Shown here: piece after piece, positions 22,295 through 34,989 of the stretch
Position numbering within the stretch: position 1 is the first letter of the stretch
Layout: each line of letters starts with the position of its first letter
NCBI GenBank assembly: GCA_031277975.1
Contig: JAITLI010000013.1
Coordinates: 1 to 63,718 of the forward strand
Direction: 5' to 3'
From: Azoarcus sp.
GTDB lineage: Bacteria; Pseudomonadota; Gammaproteobacteria; Burkholderiales; Rhodocyclaceae
DNA length: 63,718 nucleotides
Program-made: the position numbers and the translations under genes
The notes under the pieces: model-generated
Seen by the model: only the letters and a program-made list of their open reading frames with translations
The model's database searches: none
Told to the model about the DNA's origin: nothing

Positions 22295-23686
22295 ATGACC
22301 GCGACCGTTCGTACCCGTTTCGCCCCCAGCCCGACCGGCTACCTGCATATCGGCGGGGCGCGCACCGCGCTTTTTTCCTGGGCCTATGCCCGGCATCACG
22401 GCGGCAAGTTCGTGTTGCGCATCGAGGATACGGACGTCGCCCGCTCCACACCGGCCGCCATGCGGGCCATCCTCGACGGCATGGCCTGGCTTGGCCTCGA
22501 TCATGATGAGGGGCCGTTCTACCAGATGCGGCGCATGGAGCGCTATAAAGAAGTGATCCAGCAAATGCTCGCCGCGGGCACGGCCTACCACTGCTATACC
22601 TCGAAAGAAGAACTTGATGCCCTGCGCGCCGCGCAGGAGGCGCGCAAGGAGAAGCCGCGCTATGACGGACGCTGGCGCCCCGAGCCGGGCAAGACGCTGC
22701 CGCCCGTGCCGGACGGGGCGCGCCCGGTGGTGCGCTTCCGCAATCCGCGCGAGGGAGTGGTGGCCTGGGACGATCTCGTCAAGGGGCGCATCGAGGTTGC
22801 CAACGCCGAACTCGACGATTTCATCATCGCTCGCGCCGACGGTACGCCTACCTACAATTTCTGCGTCGTGGTCGATGACTGGGATATGGGGATCACCCAG
22901 GTCATTCGCGGCGACGATCACGTGAGCAACACGCCGCGCCAGATCAATGTGCTACGCGCGCTTGGCGCCGCGCCGCCGCAATATGCGCATCTGTCGATGA
23001 TCCTGGGGCCGGACGGCAAGAAGCTCTCCAAGCGCCACGGCGCGGTGAGCGTGATGCAGTATGCCGAGGAAGGCTATCTACCGGATGCCGTGGTCAATTA
23101 TCTGGCGCGACTGGGCTGGAGTCATGGCGACGAGGAGTTTTTCAGCCGCGCGCGCTTTGTCGAATGGTTCGATCTCGACCGCATCACGCCGTCGCAGGCG
23201 CAGTTCAGTTTCGAGAAGCTGAAGTGGCTCAATGCGCAATACATCAGGGCGGCCGACGGCGCGCGGTTGCTGAAGGATGTCGCCAGCCGGCTCTCCGGGC
23301 GCGGGTTGGCGGTGGAAGAAGGGCCTGATCTCGCCGCGGTGGTGGCGCTGTATAGGGAGCGGGTTTCTACGCTCGCCGAGCTTGCGGATGCCGCCGCGCT
23401 TTTCTATGCGCCGTGCGAAATTCCCGCCGCGCTTGCCGAAAAGCATCTCACGGCTCCGGCGCGGGCGGTGCTCGCAAGCCTGTCCACCCGCTTGGGCGCA
23501 TTGCCGGATTGGGAACAGGAAGCCATCGGCGCGGCGATCGAGGAAACGATGAAGGAACACGGCCTGAAAATGCCGCAAATCGCCATTCCATTGCGGGTGG
23601 CGCTGTTCGGGGTGGAGCGCACGCCTTCGATCGAGGCCGTCGTGTGGACGCTGGGCCGCGCGCGCACGCTGGCGCGGCTCGGGTAA
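22295..23686 (+). CDS. gltX: Glutamate--tRNA ligase
   Basis: [19 protein letters not shown]; full length with anticodon-binding domain. Confidence 0.97.
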   Translation: MTATVRTRFAPSPTGYLHIGGARTALFSWAYARHHGGKFVLRIEDTDVARSTPAAMRAILDGMAWLGLDHDEGPFYQMRRMERYKEVIQQMLAAGTAYHCYTSKEELDALRAAQEARKEKPRYDGRWRPEPGKTLPPVPDGARPVVRFRNPREGVVAWDDLVKGRIEVANAELDDFIIARADGTPTYNFCVVVDDWDMGITQVIRGDDHVSNTPRQINVLRALGAAPPQYAHLSMILGPDGKKLSKRHGAVSVMQYAEEGYLPDAVVNYLARLGWSHGDEEFFSRARFVEWFDLDRITPSQAQFSFEKLKWLNAQYIRAADGARLLKDVASRLSGRGLAVEEGPDLAAVVALYRERVSTLAELADAAALFYAPCEIPAALAEKHLTAPARAVLASLSTRLGALPDWEQEAIGAAIEETMKEHGLKMPQIAIPLRVALFGVERTPSIEAVVWTLGRARTLARLG

Positions 23687-23724
23687 ACGTTCCCGCTCGC
23701 CTTTCCCTGTCCGGCATAGGTATC

Positions 23725-23746
23725 TGTCGCGTTCCGCCTGAATGTA
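23725..23746. mobile_element. Orphan IS481-type terminal repeat remnant
   Basis: TGTCGCGTTCCGCCTGAATGTA is 21/22 identical to the IS end at 63400-63421. Confidence 0.65.
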
Positions 23747-23969
23747 TCCATGGTGTGTTTGCCCCGGCGCTGGGTTGGGAACGCGGCGTCACGTGCGCGA
23801 CGCCGCCCGGCATATTATTCATTGTGACTTTTTGCCATAAAAATAGGCGCATGGCCTCTGGAAACGGAGCGGGGGCCGCCGCATGCCCTGTGGAAATCAA
23901 CAATGCCTTCTCCTCCCCGCTCGCGGCGCAATCCATTACACTGGCGCGTTTCCATCGCGAAAGCCGCCG

Positions 23970-25868
23970 ATGTTTGTCTTGTTCGAAGAAGACGGTTCCT
24001 TCAAGGCCGGAACCGTGCTTGCCGATAACGATGCCTCGCTCCAGATCGAGAACACCCACGGCAAGCGGGTGAAGATCAAGCGCGCCAATGTGCTGCTCGA
24101 ATTCCGCGCGCCGCGGCCCGACGAATTGCTCGCCCGCGCCGAGCGAGACGCCGCCGGGTTCGACACGGATTTCCTGTGGGAAGTCTGCGGCGATGAGGAG
24201 TTCGCCTTTGCCGATTTCGCCGCCGATTATTACGGCCACGCGCCCGATGCGGCGGAGGCCGCCGCCATGCTGTTTTCGCTCCATGCCGCGCCGATGTGGT
24301 TCCACCGCAAGGGCAAAGGCCGTTACCGCAAGGCGCCGGAAGACATCCTGCGCGCGGCCAAGGCCGGACTGGAGAAGAAGCGCCAGCAGGCCGAGGCCGT
24401 CGAACGCATGCGCGCCGATCTGGCGGCGGGACGGCTGCCCGCCGAATTCGCCGGCATGGTCTCGCAGTTGCTCTACCGCCCCGACCGCAACCGCATCGAG
24501 GTCAAGGCGCTGGAAGCCGCCTGTGTCGAGACCGGCCTGTCGGCGGCGCGCTTGCTCCTGAAGTGCGGCGCGCTGACATCGAGCCACGATTTTCATTTCA
24601 ACCGTTTCCTGTTCGAGCAATTCCCCGAGGGCCTGGATTTCCCGCCCTTCGATCCGCCCGCCATGCCCGGCGGGTTGCCGCGCGCCGGGATCGCCGCTTT
24701 TTCGATCGATGACGCGGCCACCACCGAAATCGACGATGCGTTCTCCGTCACCGCGAAGGCGGCGGGCGGCTGGACGATCGGCATCCATATCGCCGCTCCG
24801 GCGCTCGGTTTCGCGCGCGGCTCCGCGCTAGATGCCATCGCGCGGCGGCGGCTCTCCACTGTTTACATGCCGGGCAACAAGATCACCATGTTGCCCGAGG
24901 AAGCCGTCGCCGCCTTCACCCTGTCCGCGGGCGCCGTGCGTCCGGCGGTGTCGCTCTATCTCGATGTGCGCGCCGATCTGACCATCACCGGACACGAGAG
25001 CCGCATCGAACTCGTGCCGGTGGCCGCCAATCTGCGCCATCACGACATCGAGCCGGTGTTCAACGAAACGACGCTGACCGGGGGCGGCCCGGATTTCCCG
25101 TGGAAAAAGGAACTCACCTTGCTGTGGGAACTTGCCACCGTGCTTGAGGCCGGGCGCGGCAAGCCGTCGGCGCACGCCAGCCAGGTCGATTACAACTTCG
25201 CCGTCGATTGGGCGCGGAATACCCCCGATGGCCCCGGCTTCATCACCATCGGCCGCCGCCTGCGCGGCTCGCCCATGGACAAGCTCGTGGCCGAATTGAT
25301 GATCCTCGCCAATTCCACCTGGGGCCGCCTGCTCGATGAGGCCGGCGTCCCCGGCCTTTACCGCGTGCAGGGCGGCGGCAAGGTGCGCATGGCGACCGTC
25401 GCCGCGCCGCACGAGGGACTCGGGGTCGATTGCTACGCCTGGTCGAGTTCGCCGCTGCGCCGTTACGCCGATCTGGTGAATCAGTGGCAGATCGTCGCAG
25501 TGCTCGGCGGCGGCGAACCGGCATTCGCGCCCAGGTCGGTCGATTTGATGAGCGCGCTGCGCGATTTCGAACTGACTTACACCGAATACAGTGAATTCCA
25601 GCGCCGCATGGAGCGTTACTGGTGCGTGCGCTGGTTGCGCCAGAATGAAATACGCACGACCGAAGCTTTCGTATTGCGCGACAATCTCGTTCGTCTCGCC
25701 GATATACCCTTTATTTTCAAGGTAGCCTCGCTCCCGCCGCAGTTGCCGGGTTCGAAAGTGAGCCTGGCGATCACGGACAGCGACCTGATCGATGTCGAGG
25801 TCGACGCCCGCTACCTCGCCACGCTCGCCGAACCCGGCCCGGAAGCACAGGAAACAACAGGATATTGA
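23970..25868 (+). CDS. RNB-domain ribonuclease (RNase II family)
   Basis: MFVLFEEDG start, FSIDDAATTEIDDAFS, SSPLRRYADL. Confidence 0.92.
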   Translation: MFVLFEEDGSFKAGTVLADNDASLQIENTHGKRVKIKRANVLLEFRAPRPDELLARAERDAAGFDTDFLWEVCGDEEFAFADFAADYYGHAPDAAEAAAMLFSLHAAPMWFHRKGKGRYRKAPEDILRAAKAGLEKKRQQAEAVERMRADLAAGRLPAEFAGMVSQLLYRPDRNRIEVKALEAACVETGLSAARLLLKCGALTSSHDFHFNRFLFEQFPEGLDFPPFDPPAMPGGLPRAGIAAFSIDDAATTEIDDAFSVTAKAAGGWTIGIHIAAPALGFARGSALDAIARRRLSTVYMPGNKITMLPEEAVAAFTLSAGAVRPAVSLYLDVRADLTITGHESRIELVPVAANLRHHDIEPVFNETTLTGGGPDFPWKKELTLLWELATVLEAGRGKPSAHASQVDYNFAVDWARNTPDGPGFITIGRRLRGSPMDKLVAELMILANSTWGRLLDEAGVPGLYRVQGGGKVRMATVAAPHEGLGVDCYAWSSSPLRRYADLVNQWQIVAVLGGGEPAFAPRSVDLMSALRDFELTYTEYSEFQRRMERYWCVRWLRQNEIRTTEAFVLRDNLVRLADIPFIFKVASLPPQLPGSKVSLAITDSDLIDVEVDARYLATLAEPGPEAQETTGY

Positions 25869-25925
25869 CAGGAAAGCAAGACCGGATCGCCCATGACCCG
25901 CCCGCTTACATAGAATCTTCCGTCC

Positions 25926-26828
25926 ATGGCAAAGAAAAAGTCGTTTTTCGCCTCGCTCTCGCTACGAACCACCGCCCATAGCATCCAGGTCGGCTTCACC
26001 GCTTCCGTAATCATTCACGCGCTCGTGCTGGCCATCCAGTTCACCATGCCCATGGCGCCGCCGAAGCGCAGCAGCAGCCTCGCGGTCATCCTTGTCAACG
26101 CCGCCAGCGCCACGGCTCCGGAAAAAGCCCAGGCGCTGGCGCAGGTCAAGTCCGACGGCGGCGGCAACGTCGACAAGGATGTCATCGTTTCGTCGCCGCT
26201 GCCGCGCCAGTCGAGCGAGCAAAAAGGCGACAACCTGCGCGAGCAGCACCAGGGCAATCAGGCGCGCCAGCCGCGATCCCCGCCGAAACGGACCGAGATC
26301 ATCACCGGGTCGGACAACTCCGCCACCGTCGTCGAGGTACAACCGTCGCCCACCCCGGTTGCCCCCGTGCCGTCCAACCCCAGCGCCAAGGACCAGTACG
26401 ATGCCCGCCAGGCGGAAATCGCCCTCGCGGCAAGCATCGAAGCGGCGACGCAAAAATACAATCAGCGTCCGCGCCGCGTATCCATCGGCGCGCGCACCGA
26501 TGAATACCGTTTCGCCAGATATGTCGATGCCTGGCGGACGAAAACCGAAAGCGTGGGCAACAATTTCCCCTTGAAGCTGGAGCACGATATAAAAGGGCGC
26601 AACCTGCTGATGACGGTTTCCATCCGGAAAAACGGTTCCGTGGAAAAGATCGTGGTCAATCGCAGTTCCGGCTACAAGGCGCTCGACGAAACGGCGATAC
26701 AGATCGTCTACCAGAGCGCGCCCTATGACGTTTTTCCATCCGAAATCAACGACACCGACGTAATCGACATCACCCGCACCTGGACATTCACCGGGCGGAA
26801 GCTCCAGGCGCTGATCGACAGGCGATAA
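25926..26828 (+). CDS. TonB-family energy transducer
   Basis: SVIIH TM anchor, Pro-rich linker, C-terminal RSSG..LD..A; rnb-tonB-aroE-mtgA order. Confidence 0.85.
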   Translation: MAKKKSFFASLSLRTTAHSIQVGFTASVIIHALVLAIQFTMPMAPPKRSSSLAVILVNAASATAPEKAQALAQVKSDGGGNVDKDVIVSSPLPRQSSEQKGDNLREQHQGNQARQPRSPPKRTEIITGSDNSATVVEVQPSPTPVAPVPSNPSAKDQYDARQAEIALAASIEAATQKYNQRPRRVSIGARTDEYRFARYVDAWRTKTESVGNNFPLKLEHDIKGRNLLMTVSIRKNGSVEKIVVNRSSGYKALDETAIQIVYQSAPYDVFPSEINDTDVIDITRTWTFTGRKLQALIDRR

Positions 26829-26898
26829 AGACAGGCGATAAACTATCCCGCCACAACCCGTACACGCCTTTTCACGCACGCCGACACCACCCCGCGCC

Positions 26899-27735
26899 AT
26901 GGATCGTTATGCCGTCATCGGTCACCCGATCGAACATAGCAAATCGCCGCTCATCCACACCGCTTTTGCCCGCCAGACGCGGCAGGAAGTGGACTACCAG
27001 GCGCTCCTCGCCCCGCTCGACGGTTTCGCCGCCACGATAAAGAAATTCCGCGACACCGGCGGGCGCGGGGTCAATGTCACCGTGCCGTTCAAGCTCGAAG
27101 CCCATGCGCTCGCCACGCGCCTCACCGCGCGGGCCGAAGCGGCGGGGGCGGTGAATACGCTCACGTTCAACGGCGACATCGTTGTCGGCGACAACACCGA
27201 CGGCGTTGGACTGGTGCGCGACCTCATCGTCAATCTCGCCTGCCCGCTCGCGGGCCGCCGCGTACTGCTGCTGGGCGCGGGAGGCGCGGCGCGCGGCGCA
27301 ATCCTGCCACTGTTGCAGACCAGGCCGGCGGTACTGACCCTCGCCAACCGCACCGTGTCGCGGGCGCACGAACTGCGCGCGGCGTTCAACCATCATGCGG
27401 ATCGCGTCACCTTCACCGCAGGCGGATTCGACGATCTGGAAGGATGGGAATTCGATGTGGTCATCAACGCCACCGCCGCGAGCCTGGCCAACGAAGCGCC
27501 GCCGCTGCCCGGGAGCATCTACGCCCCGCGCGCCTTCGCCTACGACATGATGTACGCCGCTGGCGACACGCCCTTCCTCGCCGCGGCGCGCGCGGCGGGC
27601 GTCGGCAGGCTCGCCGACGGACTGGGCATGCTGGTCGAACAGGCGGCGGAGAGTTTCGCCCTCTGGCGCGGCGTGCGCCCGCACAGCGCCCCGATACTCG
27701 CCGGGCTGCGCCGCAGGCTGGCGCCTTCCCAGTGA
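26899..27735 (+). CDS. aroE: Shikimate dehydrogenase
   Basis: GHPIEHSKSP, NVTVPFK, AVNT, GDNTDG, GAGGAARG. Confidence 0.96.
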   Translation: MDRYAVIGHPIEHSKSPLIHTAFARQTRQEVDYQALLAPLDGFAATIKKFRDTGGRGVNVTVPFKLEAHALATRLTARAEAAGAVNTLTFNGDIVVGDNTDGVGLVRDLIVNLACPLAGRRVLLLGAGGAARGAILPLLQTRPAVLTLANRTVSRAHELRAAFNHHADRVTFTAGGFDDLEGWEFDVVINATAASLANEAPPLPGSIYAPRAFAYDMMYAAGDTPFLAAARAAGVGRLADGLGMLVEQAAESFALWRGVRPHSAPILAGLRRRLAPSQ

Positions 27736-27837
27736 TGCGGGCCTGCAAGTAAAGCGGGGACAAGACGTGAAGCCGCGGACAGCACGGGAATACGGCAAGG
27801 CCGGACGGCGCGACGATTGCCTCGATAGCGCCGCCGC

Positions 27838-28533
27838 ATGAAGCGCCGTTTCTTGCGCTGGCTGTGGCGCGGCCTGCTGCTGGCGCTGGCGCTCACGCTC
27901 GGCGTGCAACTTTGGTTTTTCGCCCACGTCGCGTGGTGGCGTAGCGCCAATCCCGGAGAGACCCGCTTCATGCGGCTGGCCCTGGCCGAATTGCGGGAAA
28001 AAAATCCGCAGGCGCGCCTCGCCCATGTGTGGGTGCCATATGAGCGGATTTCCATCCACCTCAAGCGCGCCGTGATCGCCGCCGAAGACAGCCATTTCCT
28101 CGAACACGACGGTTTCGACTGGACGGGCATCCAGCGCGCGCTGGAAAAGAACCTCGCCCGTGGACGCGCGCGCGCGGGCGGCTCGACAATCACGCAACAA
28201 CTGGCGAAGAACCTCTTCCTGTCGCCCGCGCGCAGCTACCTGCGCAAAGGCGAGGAAGCGCTCATCGCCATGATGATCGAGCGGCTGTGGAGCAAGCGGC
28301 GCATCCTGGAGGTTTACCTCAACGTCATCGAATGGGGCGAAGGCGTATTCGGCGCGGAAGCGGCGGCCCGCCACTACTTCGACCTTTCCGCCGACCGCCT
28401 CGGCCCGGCGGAAGGCGCCCGGCTGGCCGTCATGCTGCCCAGCCCGCGCCGCTACGGACGGCATTTCGGCCCGGCACAAAAAGCGCGCGCCGCGCGCATC
28501 CTCGTTTACATGCGCGGCGCGCAAGTCCCCTGA
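27838..28533 (+). CDS. mtgA: Monofunctional peptidoglycan transglycosylase
   Basis: AAED..F..H.GFD, GGSTITQQLAKNLFL, RK.EE, YLNVIEWG. Confidence 0.94.
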   Translation: MKRRFLRWLWRGLLLALALTLGVQLWFFAHVAWWRSANPGETRFMRLALAELREKNPQARLAHVWVPYERISIHLKRAVIAAEDSHFLEHDGFDWTGIQRALEKNLARGRARAGGSTITQQLAKNLFLSPARSYLRKGEEALIAMMIERLWSKRRILEVYLNVIEWGEGVFGAEAAARHYFDLSADRLGPAEGARLAVMLPSPRRYGRHFGPAQKARAARILVYMRGAQVP

Positions 28534-28606
28534 TTTTTTGGCGGAGCACAACCCAAAGGGGGAAAGGCCGTGTACAGCGGCGCTCACGCGCCGGATGGAA
28601 CGCACT

Positions 28607-28640
28607 GGATTGCCACGGCGCTGCGCGCCTCGCAATGACG
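28607..28640 (-). repeat. REP-like intergenic repeat (GTCATTGCGAG...GTGGCAATC family)
   Basis: Reverse complement CGTCATTGCGAGGCGCGCAGCGCCGTGGCAATCC; second copy at 49534-49566. Confidence 0.75.
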
Positions 28641-28687
28641 AGGGCGGGTTGGTGCTGCTGATCCCTGTCCCCTGATGCCGCGGGCTT

Positions 28688-31276
<2,589 letters not shown>

Positions 31277-31316
31277 GATGAAAACCCTGTGTGATATGCA
31301 AGCGCATACCCGCGCT

Positions 31317-31344
31317 ATGTGGGGCGGAACCCGCTGCGTTCAAG
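31317..31344 (-). promoter_or_regulatory. Sigma-32 heat-shock promoter of clpB
   Basis: Minus strand CTTGAA-N14-CCCCACAT. Confidence 0.75.
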
Positions 31345-31660
31345 AGGGCGCGCGCGCTTGCCCGTGGGTGTATGGATATTTTTCTCGCCATGCCGCGCCG
31401 GGCTTGGCAACCCACGGACGGGACAGGCTGTACCAGAAAATGGGATGAAGAGACAGCGGGCGAGCAAGGGGAATTCCTTGGCTTTTGAAACAGCTTTTCC
31501 GCCGAAAGTAGAGAGGACTCTTTGCTTTCCATTCCTCCAATATCGTAAACAGGTTCTGGGGCAAGGGCATGAGCGCGAGGATTGTGTATTTACCCCGATT
31601 GTGGCATGGTATGTCGGCCAACCAGGCATATTTCACCTCTTCGTAACAGGTCGACCTACA

Positions 31661-32515
31661 ATGAACAATACCCGTCATGCAGTCAGTTCCTTGCCGCCCG
31701 CGAAGCGGAGCACAAGACACAACCTTCCCGGATGGTCCATCCCTTCGGGAAATTCACGGCAGTCCGACGCCCATGTCCCCGCGAGCTGGATAGCGACGGC
31801 GGGCGCGTTGAAACGGGGCGCGAAGGAACGCGCCGCCCATGTCGTGGCGTACAAATCCGGCATCGACGGGCGAATTGGACGTTTGCGTTTCTTCGCGTGG
31901 ACGATGGCTGCCGGGGTGTTGTATATCTTGTCGCTGATTGCCCTGAGTTACTTGGCCGGAGGAGGGAATTCAAATGCCGCGTTCGCGTCCGGGCTGGCTG
32001 TCTTTTTTATTATTCTCTTGTTTCTTCATCGAATCCTTGCCTGGAGTTTGGGATGGGCGGCGATGTGTTCCCTGATCGCGGTCAGCCTGATGTTCCTGCT
32101 GCGAAGCTCCGGCGCGGGCATGCTGCTCGCGATCCTTCTGGGCGTTGTCGCAAGCATCACGTTCACCGTCGTCGGGATTTCCGTCGTCGCCAAGCGCTTG
32201 CATGACGTCAATCGTACCGGTTGGTGGATACTGCCGTTGTTCGCCCTGTGTTTCGATTTTGGTATGGGTACCGGTATCGTGCAGATAATATTGTTCCTCT
32301 TGGGCATCTTGTTCCTGCATTTGATGCCGGGCAGCCGGGGAGACAATGAATACGGACCGCCTCCGCCCGAAAACGGAACAGGGGTTATCATCCTGGCGGT
32401 CATGGCCATATTGCTGGACGTCGCCTTGGTCGCCCAGGGTATCCGGGGCGTGAAGGCAGTGTCGAATCAGATCGGGAGCGCGCTGGAAGAAGTCGCGCCT
32501 GAATCGAGGCCATGA
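31661..32515 (+). CDS. DUF805 membrane protein
   Basis: GRIGRLRF, KRLHDVNRTGWW, PGSRGDNEYGPPP; start uncertain. Confidence 0.85.
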   Translation: MNNTRHAVSSLPPAKRSTRHNLPGWSIPSGNSRQSDAHVPASWIATAGALKRGAKERAAHVVAYKSGIDGRIGRLRFFAWTMAAGVLYILSLIALSYLAGGGNSNAAFASGLAVFFIILLFLHRILAWSLGWAAMCSLIAVSLMFLLRSSGAGMLLAILLGVVASITFTVVGISVVAKRLHDVNRTGWWILPLFALCFDFGMGTGIVQIILFLLGILFLHLMPGSRGDNEYGPPPPENGTGVIILAVMAILLDVALVAQGIRGVKAVSNQIGSALEEVAPESRP

Positions 32516-32545
32516 CAATACCGTGACACTTCGCACACGCAAACA

Positions 32546-33376
32546 ATGCCGCTTTCCCGCCAAGCTATCAAAATCGCCGCGCTCCAGACCGTTTCCGGTC
32601 CCGGCGTGGCGGCCAATCTTGCCGTTGCCGGGGGCCTGATCGCCGAAGCCGCCGGCGCGGGCGCGCGGCTGGTGGCCTTGCCCGAGTATTTCGGGCTGAT
32701 GTCCGGCGATGAAGCCGCCAGGCTGCATGCGTGCGAGACGGACGGTAACGGGCCGATGCAGGATTTCTTGCGCGAGGCCGCCGCGCGCCATGGCGTATGG
32801 ATCGTCGGCGGCACCCTGCCGCTGAAGGCCGATGCGCCGGATAAAGTGCGCAATGCCACACTGGTTTTCGACGGGCGCGGTAAATGCGTGGCACGCTATG
32901 ACAAAATCCACCTTTTCGATTTCGCGCGCGGCGGCGAGCGCTACGACGAAGCCCATACCATCGAGGCGGGTAATCGCGTGGTGTGCTTCGATTCACCTGC
33001 CGGTAGAATTGGCCTCGCGGTATGCTATGACTTGCGTTTTCCCGAACTTTTCCGGGCGATGGGGGAAGTCGATTTGATCGTCCTGCCGGCTGCTTTTACG
33101 TACACTACCGGGCAAGCGCACTGGGAAACGCTGTTGCGCGCGCGGGCGATTGAAAATCAGTGCTACCTGATGGCTCCGGCCCAGGGCGGGCATCATCCGG
33201 ATGGCCGCCGTACTTGGGGGCACAGCATGATTGTCGATCCGTGGGGCGAAATCCTCGCCTGCCATGAGGCGGGAACGGGGATGGTCGTTGCCGCGCTCGA
33301 TCGCGCGCGGATCGCCGCGATCCGCCGCGCCCTGCCGGCCCTGCGCCACCGCCGCCCGGAGCTTCTGGGCGGATGA
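32546..33376 (+). CDS. Carbon-nitrogen hydrolase (Nit-family deaminated glutathione amidase-like)
   Basis: LPEYF, YDKIHLF, VCYDLRFPELFR, RARAIENQ; upstream of tldD. Confidence 0.93.
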   Translation: MPLSRQAIKIAALQTVSGPGVAANLAVAGGLIAEAAGAGARLVALPEYFGLMSGDEAARLHACETDGNGPMQDFLREAAARHGVWIVGGTLPLKADAPDKVRNATLVFDGRGKCVARYDKIHLFDFARGGERYDEAHTIEAGNRVVCFDSPAGRIGLAVCYDLRFPELFRAMGEVDLIVLPAAFTYTTGQAHWETLLRARAIENQCYLMAPAQGGHHPDGRRTWGHSMIVDPWGEILACHEAGTGMVVAALDRARIAAIRRALPALRHRRPELLGG

Positions 33377-33407
33377 GCCGATTGATGACTGGACACACGA
33401 ATACACA

Positions 33408-34847
33408 ATGACAAAAGATGCGCTCAAGGTCGCCGACCGTTATCTGCTTTCATCCCATGATCTGGGCCGGGAAGACATCGAAAAGGTGTTCCGCAAGCTG
33501 ATGCGGCGCGACATCGATTATGCCGATCTGTATTTCCAGTACAGCCGCGCCGAAGGCTGGAGCTTGGAGGAGGGCATCGTCAAGTCGGGCAGTTTCGACA
33601 TCGAGGAAGGTGTCGGCGTGCGGGCGGCAAGCGGCGAGAAAACCGCTTTCGCCTATTCCGACGATATTTCCGCGGACGCGCTCGCCGATGCCGTCCGCGC
33701 CACGCGGGCCATCGCCGCCGCGGGAGAAAGGCGGCGGGTGGCCGTCGCGCCGTACAAGGCGCGTCCCCGCCTCTACCGCGCCGGCGATCCGCTCGCTTCG
33801 CTCGACGACACCGCCAAGGTGCGCCTGCTCGAACGGTTGGAAAAAATCGCCCGCGCCGCCGATCCACGTGTCACGCAGGTGATGGCGCATCTGGGCGGAT
33901 CATGGGAAGTCGTGCTGGTCGTGCGCAGCGACGGCCACATGGCCGCCGATGTGCGGCCCTTGGTGCGGGTATCCCTGAGTGTCATCATGGAAGCGGATGG
34001 GCGGCGCGAGCAAGGCAGCGCCGGAGGCGGCGGACGTTACGACTACGCCTATTTCACGGAAGAGAGATTGCGCGACTATGCGCTTGCCGCCGTGCATCAG
34101 GCCAGCGTCAATCTCGATGCCATCCCGGCCCCGGCGGGCACGATGACCGTGGTATTGGGGCCGGGCTGGCCCGGTATTCTGTTGCATGAGGCGATCGGCC
34201 ACGGGCTGGAGGGCGATTTCAACCGCAAGGGCAGTTCCGCCTTTTCCGGGCGCATCGGCCAGCAGGTCGCCGCGCGCGGCGTGACCGTGGTCGACGACGG
34301 CTCGCTGCCGGAGCGGCGCGGTTCGCTCACCATCGACGACGAGGGCACTCCGGGTGGGCGCACCACGCTCATCGAGGATGGCATCCTCGTCGGCTACATG
34401 CAGGACATGATGAACGCCCGCCTGATGAACATGGCGCCCACTGGCAATGGGCGGCGCGAATCCTACGCCCATCTGCCCTTGCCGCGCATGACCAACACTT
34501 TCATGCTCAACGGCGGGCGCGATCCGGCCGAGATCATCAAATCGGTGGAAAAAGGACTTTACGCGGTCAATTTCGGCGGCGGCCAGGTCGATATCACTTC
34601 GGGCAAATTCGTGTTTTCCACCGCCGAGGCTTACCTGATCGAAAATGGCAAGATCACCCGCCCGGTCAAGGGTGCCACCCTGATCGGCAATGGCCCCGAC
34701 GTGCTGACGCGCGTGAGCCTGATCGGCAACGACATGGCGCTCGATCCCGGTGTCGGTACCTGCGGCAAGGACGGACAGAGCGTGCCGGTGGGCGTGGGGC
34801 AGCCGACCCTGAAGATCGACGCCCTGACGGTGGGCGGGACAGCATGA
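33408..34847 (+). CDS. tldD: Metalloprotease TldD
   Basis: YADLYFQ, LLHEAIGHGLEGDFNRK, CGKDGQSVPVGVGQPT. Confidence 0.97.
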   Translation: MTKDALKVADRYLLSSHDLGREDIEKVFRKLMRRDIDYADLYFQYSRAEGWSLEEGIVKSGSFDIEEGVGVRAASGEKTAFAYSDDISADALADAVRATRAIAAAGERRRVAVAPYKARPRLYRAGDPLASLDDTAKVRLLERLEKIARAADPRVTQVMAHLGGSWEVVLVVRSDGHMAADVRPLVRVSLSVIMEADGRREQGSAGGGGRYDYAYFTEERLRDYALAAVHQASVNLDAIPAPAGTMTVVLGPGWPGILLHEAIGHGLEGDFNRKGSSAFSGRIGQQVAARGVTVVDDGSLPERRGSLTIDDEGTPGGRTTLIEDGILVGYMQDMMNARLMNMAPTGNGRRESYAHLPLPRMTNTFMLNGGRDPAEIIKSVEKGLYAVNFGGGQVDITSGKFVFSTAEAYLIENGKITRPVKGATLIGNGPDVLTRVSLIGNDMALDPGVGTCGKDGQSVPVGVGQPTLKIDALTVGGTA

Positions 34848-34989
34848 GATCGTCTGCGGGCAAACACGGCGGCGAACTCCATGCGGGCCGGATCGGCAAG
34901 GTGCGCTGGATCGGCGCCCCCGCGCACCCGCATCGCCCCGGCGCGGGTTGGTCGATATGCCGATGGCGCCACCGCGCCCGGACGTGAAA

